In this document: positions 58,786 through 64,000 of the stretch, piece after piece | How the letters are laid out: each line of letters opens with the position of its first letter | Position numbering within the stretch: position 1 is the stretch's first letter | NCBI GenBank assembly: GCA_964016885.1 | Contig: OZ024748.1 | Span: forward strand, 5,766,001 to 5,830,000 | From: Eledone cirrhosa | Lineage: Eukaryota | DNA: 64,000 nucleotides | Direction: 5' to 3' | Program-made: the position numbers and the translations under genes | The notes under the pieces: model-generated | What the model saw: the letters and a program-made list of their open reading frames with translations, nothing else | Database searches by the model: none | Told to the model about the DNA's origin: nothing

Positions 58786-58955
58786 AGCAATTTGGGGAAG
58801 AAGGGAATGTCGATTAAATCGACCCCAGTGCATTACTGGTGCTTTATCGACCCCATAAGGTAGAAAGGCACAGCTAACCTCGGCATGATTTGAACCCAGA
58901 ACGTAAAGGGCTGTAACTATATGCCACAAAACATGGTGTCCGATGCTCTACAAAT
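58784..58955 (-). mobile_element. SINE S1 lacking its normal tail, directly fused to the RTE 3' end
   Basis: S1 head and core up to CCCCAAATTGCTGG, then RTE sequence instead of CCTTGTGCCAAAAGTAGAAA. Confidence 0.8.
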
Positions 58956-59405
58956 TCAACGCCCTTCCATAACGAAATAATAATAACGAAATCTGTTTAA
59001 TTGCCAAACTGACATGAATTTTTTTCCTCTCTTCTTTATAGTTTAACAAGATCGTTGTGATTAATGACTTGTAACGGACATTACATGTGAAAGAATTCAC
59101 ACGTGCTGTTGTGTAATTTTGTTGTCTGACCCAAATTAACCTTGATTGAAGCCTAAAAATTTATAGTAATTATCGGAACGGTTGTCTTATCTCACCCATA
59201 TTAATAACAACTCACACTTTTACTGTTTACTGTCTGTAATGTAAGTAATTGTAGATGTAGATATATCTTCTTGAACAATGAATTGTATCGCATTGTTACA
59301 AACCACAATACGGAACACCCGTAGGCATACATACATACATATGTATGTATGTATATATATATATACATATATATACACACATATGTATGTATATATACAC
59401 ATATG

Positions 59406-59461
<56 letters not shown>

Positions 59462-59589
59462 ATACATTATATATGTAGATATGTGTGTGTGTGTGTATGT
59501 ATGAAAATATGTATGTAAACGTACATATGGCGAAAAATAAACACGAAAATACACATGCAAATACACACACTCTCTCTCTCTCTCTCACA

Positions 59590-59621
<32 letters not shown>

Positions 59622-60444
59622 GACATATACATATAGTGGGATTCTGTGCTGTGTTGGTACGTACATATGTACATATATTTATGTGATTTTGAGCTAATAG
59701 ACAAGTATCTAAAAAAAAATAACATATAGGTACACACATATATATATATATATATATGTGTGTGTGGAGGTGGGGGTGGGGGTGGGGGTGAATAAAATGG
59801 CTGATACATCCATTGGTTTTTCTTCAACATCAATAGATGTACCAAGACACCAAGAAAGAAACTTAATTATTGAAGATATCAAATTATCATGCTCCAAAGA
59901 ATCCTGACCATATATCAAACAGATCTTATCGATATAAAGTTACACACACGTACACACACACACCCACACACAAAGAGACACACACACACACACTTATGCA
60001 TATATATATGAGAATGTGTGTGTGTGTTTACTGTATGTATTTGTGTATGTGTGCATTTGTTTGTGGCGGGGCAGTCACTCAAATTCCTTCATGGTTGCAA
60101 CATCCTTTTATAATATATATATATATATATATATATGGGTGAAAAATGAAATGGTTTTGGAGGTATCTATATATAATTTGCAAACTTTCCTTCCGATCCT
60201 GGTACCATACATATGAAAGTATGTATGTATGCCACGTTTAACTTTCGTACAAATATTTTTGCATAGAGCCACATTTTGTCCAAGAGAATTTCATAGTAAC
60301 TTTGAATTATATGTGAGTGGAAAAGGATAATTCAAGATGTACAGTTACTTAAATTATGCAAAGCGGTGCTTTAGATGAAAGGTGCTATTTCCACCAGCTC
60401 TAGCGACCCTATACAGACATGGCAAAAGGTACCTGTTCTGATAC

Positions 60445-60567
<123 letters not shown>

Positions 60568-61214
60568 ATTGTGTATGTGTAAATACATATGTACATATAT
60601 CTATGCGTGTGTCTGTGTATTTGTGTCTATTTATATGTTTGCTTTCTGTTTCATGTTCGTGTGAGTGTAGTTTTCTTCTTCTACCTCCTCATATGCACAC
60701 ATGCACGTAAATAAAAGTTCGTTAAATGAATAACGAGTAAATAATGAAATAAAATATATAAAAGTTAGACTAAATGTCCTGACTCTTATCACGGTGATTA
60801 GACAAACGAGATTTTAAAGTTTGCAGATTCTGAGATTCTGCGGAAAAATAAACAAAAACGTTTTCAGTGTGAAAAACATAAATAACACGAGAATAACTTT
60901 AAATGAAAAAGCTAGGCGCATTGGCAAATACGTTCAAACATCAGATATAATTATTTGTGGTGCTCCATCCAGATATGTGATTTCTAAGTTCACATCATGC
61001 CTAGGTCAGCTTTGCTTTTTTTCTATTGAAGTTGAAAAACTAAGTCTAGTACTGTGTCGAATTCTCCACTACCCGATCTCATTGTCTCGTTTAGACCTAC
61101 GGAGGATATGGACTCCGCAAGGTTTAATATGGCCAAAAGTTTGGTATATAACTACAGGCTTAAAATTACTACTCCCGGACTTCATACATATACACAAAAA
61201 AACTATAGATGTAT

Positions 61215-61249
<35 letters not shown>

Positions 61250-61607
61250 AGTATTTGTACCTTGTGGTACTAAAATACTTAAGGCGTTGCACCAGTATGA
61301 CCAGACTACAATAATGAATACATAAATAAATGCGTACCAACAACTCCCCCATACACACACACATATATATATATATAGGTTAGAGACAATTATAAATCGC
61401 TCAACTGAAAGAGATAATAGTCACTGGACTATATACCTGTTTCATCATTCAACCATATAAGTTTTTACTTCTACTAAACGGTTGACTGATGAAACATATG
61501 ACTAAAGCGTTTACAAACATTGACGTTCATACATATTGATGCAGTTTAATGCACTATATATATATATATATACATACATATGTGTGTATGTGTGTGTGTG
61601 TGTGTGT

Positions 61608-61676
<69 letters not shown>

Positions 61677-61825
61677 CTGACTATTAAATTATTAGATAAA
61701 ACACTGCGGAAGTCAAGTATTTACTTCAGTCATTCAGTACCTCAAAATAGACAATATCAAAATCTCATAGAGTCGATATTATGTGAGATAAATATGTGAG
61801 GTAAAGCCTTCGCCATGAAAATATA

Positions 61826-62195
61826 GGTGGATTGGCAGGATCGGTAGAGGGTCGGACGCCATGGGTGGGGGATTGGCAGTATCGGTAGAGGGTCGGACGC
61901 CATGGGCGGTGGATTGGCAGTATCGGTAGAGGGTCGGACGCCATGGGTGGGGGATTGGCAGTATCGGTAGAGGGTCGAACGCCATGCTAGGGCGGTGGAT
62001 TGGCAGGATCGGTAGAGGGTCGGACGCCATGGGTGGTGGATTGGCAGTATCGGTAGAGGGTCGGACGTCATGGGTGGGGGATTGGCAGGATCGGTAGAGG
62101 GTCGGACGCCATGGGTGGTGGATTGGCAGTATCGGTAGAGGGTCGGACGCCATGGGCGGTGGATTGGCAGTATCGGTAGAGGGTCGGACGCCATG
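61826..62195 (+). repeat. Minisatellite: 9 copies of a 41-bp unit derived from the SINE S1 5' head
   Basis: ATTGGCAG at 61831, 61872, 61913, 61954, 61999, 62040, 62081, 62122 and 62163 (period 41, one interval of 45). No unique spacers. Confidence 0.95.
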
Positions 62196-62348
62196 CTTTG
62201 CAGCACAGTTACGTCCCTTTACGGACTGAGTTCAAATCCCGCCGAGGTTAAATGTGCCTTTCATCCTTACGTGGTCGATAAAAAAATAAAGTACCAGTAA
62301 TACACTGGAAATAATTGCTGGCCTTGTGCCTAAAGTAGAAACAATTAT
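62155..62348 (+). mobile_element. Full-length SINE S1, continuing from the last array unit
   Basis: Head, B-box GAGTTCAAATCC (62228), core, tail AAGTAGAAACAATTATA. Confidence 0.9.
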
Positions 62349-62486
62349 ATATAATGTAAATGCTAAACGATTAAAAGATGATAGTTAGTATTTAATGAGA
62401 GAAATTGTAGTTGCTAATCTTAACTAACTGAGACAATGAATTAAATCACTCTCTCTGGATCATGTTTATATATGGTTATATATTCG

Positions 62487-62573
<87 letters not shown>

Positions 62574-62954
62574 CAGCAGTCGCAGCAGCAGTGGTGGTGG
62601 TGTTATCAATTTTGTTTGTTTACAAACACGTTAGCCGTCTGAGATATTTATATGTATAAGCCAGAAAATGAATTGTTAGCGTTAAGTTGTGAGTGGAATC
62701 TGGCACACACTGATTTATCACGACTATAGAACTACTGTTTTGCTATATTACTTCACTATCATCATCATCGTCATCATTATCATCATCATCATCATTATCA
62801 TCATCATCAGCTACAAATTTCACATACAGACTCATAAACACACATGTAAGTATGTAAGTATGTATCTATGTTTGTAAGTTCATATATATATACATATATA
62901 TATATATATACATATACATACTTATATTTATGTGTATATATACATACTTACATT

Positions 62955-63030
<76 letters not shown>

Positions 63031-63086
63031 CATACTTAAATTTATGTGTATATATATATATGTAAATGTTTGTGCGTGTCTGTATG

Positions 63087-63118
<32 letters not shown>

Positions 63119-64000
63119 CACAAATTTATTATGCCAATAACAACATAAATAAATAATAATAATAACAACAACAACAATAACAACAACAATGTAAATCTGA
63201 TGATCTAACTACAAAGATAAACTTCTAACACTTTTCTATATAACTACACAGACACTTAGACCTCTCTAGACTTACAGACAGACTCCTACATTGTGTCAAA
63301 GACACAGCCAGTTAGATAAAAGAAAGATGATAAATAAATATCCCAATAAATATATAATCAATGAATTATTCGACCTGGTTTATAAATTGATTCGCCAATT
63401 TTAAGTTTAATATTCATAAAAGTACATCACCACCGTAAACGTCGTCGTCGTCATCGTAGTCGTTGTCAGCATTATATCGCCTTCACGTAGGTGGATCTAC
63501 GTCGGTTTTAAACTAAAATATTCATTTTTTAGAATGACTGAAGTGCATACATGTTGAATTGGCGTGTATGTAGATAAGTGTTTCAGTAGCAAGTGTAAAC
63601 ATAACTTAATTCTTAAGTAAAACCAGCGTGAAACAGTATATGACAGCGTTGAACTTTTGAATTACAGATACAATTCATCATATTATATATTGCAAGTAGC
63701 TGCGAATTCCACGACAGATGCCTACATATCTTAATTCTCAAGTAAAATTTGCGAAACAGAATGTGGAACATGGTTTATATTTTGAATTACCTACAGGTGC
63801 AATTCATTTTCTATTCTAGTGTATAATTGTAAATGTCGATCGACAAGATCCCAAATTTCATTCGCTTAACGAGTGGGGTGGAGCCTGTCAAATCTGATTG
63901 AGGAAACAATGTTTCGAATTGTCTTTCCAATTGCTTATACTATACATATCTACTGGCCGCAAATCCTGGCAGAAGGAGCAAGGAGAAATAAAGTGTTTTG

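Noticed and set aside
61826-62195. CRISPR-like regularly spaced array and its two ORFs
   Set aside because: No unique spacers and no cas genes. The unit is the SINE head in a eukaryotic context.

Overview
Very AT-rich, microsatellite-saturated eukaryotic non-coding DNA. The repeat content suggests an octopod/coleoid cephalopod (inference). No host protein-coding exon can be called with confidence; almost all listed ORFs are translations of (TA)n/(CA)n/(GA)n/(TAG)n repeats. Recognisable content: many copies of a tRNA-derived SINE with a Deu/Nin-like core (one with a 9x41-bp amplified head), a second CORE/Meta-like SINE, 3' fragments of CRE-, RTE- and possibly Tx1-type LINEs, three DNA-transposon MITEs, a decayed ~270-320 bp tandem array, and a 5'-truncated Penelope-like (Naiad-type) GIY-YIG fragment followed by a hammerhead ribozyme (HHR). 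The main finding is at least five further families of short non-coding inserts, mostly sitting in (TA)n tracts, that carry full or partial minimal HHR motifs (CTGANGA-stemII-GAAA-short/palindromic stemIII). One family shows stem covariation between copies. Several form 100-370 bp palindromes whose apex falls on the ribozyme core or on stem II, suggesting non-autonomous Penelope-derived fold-back ribozyme elements. All alignments and folds were done by eye.
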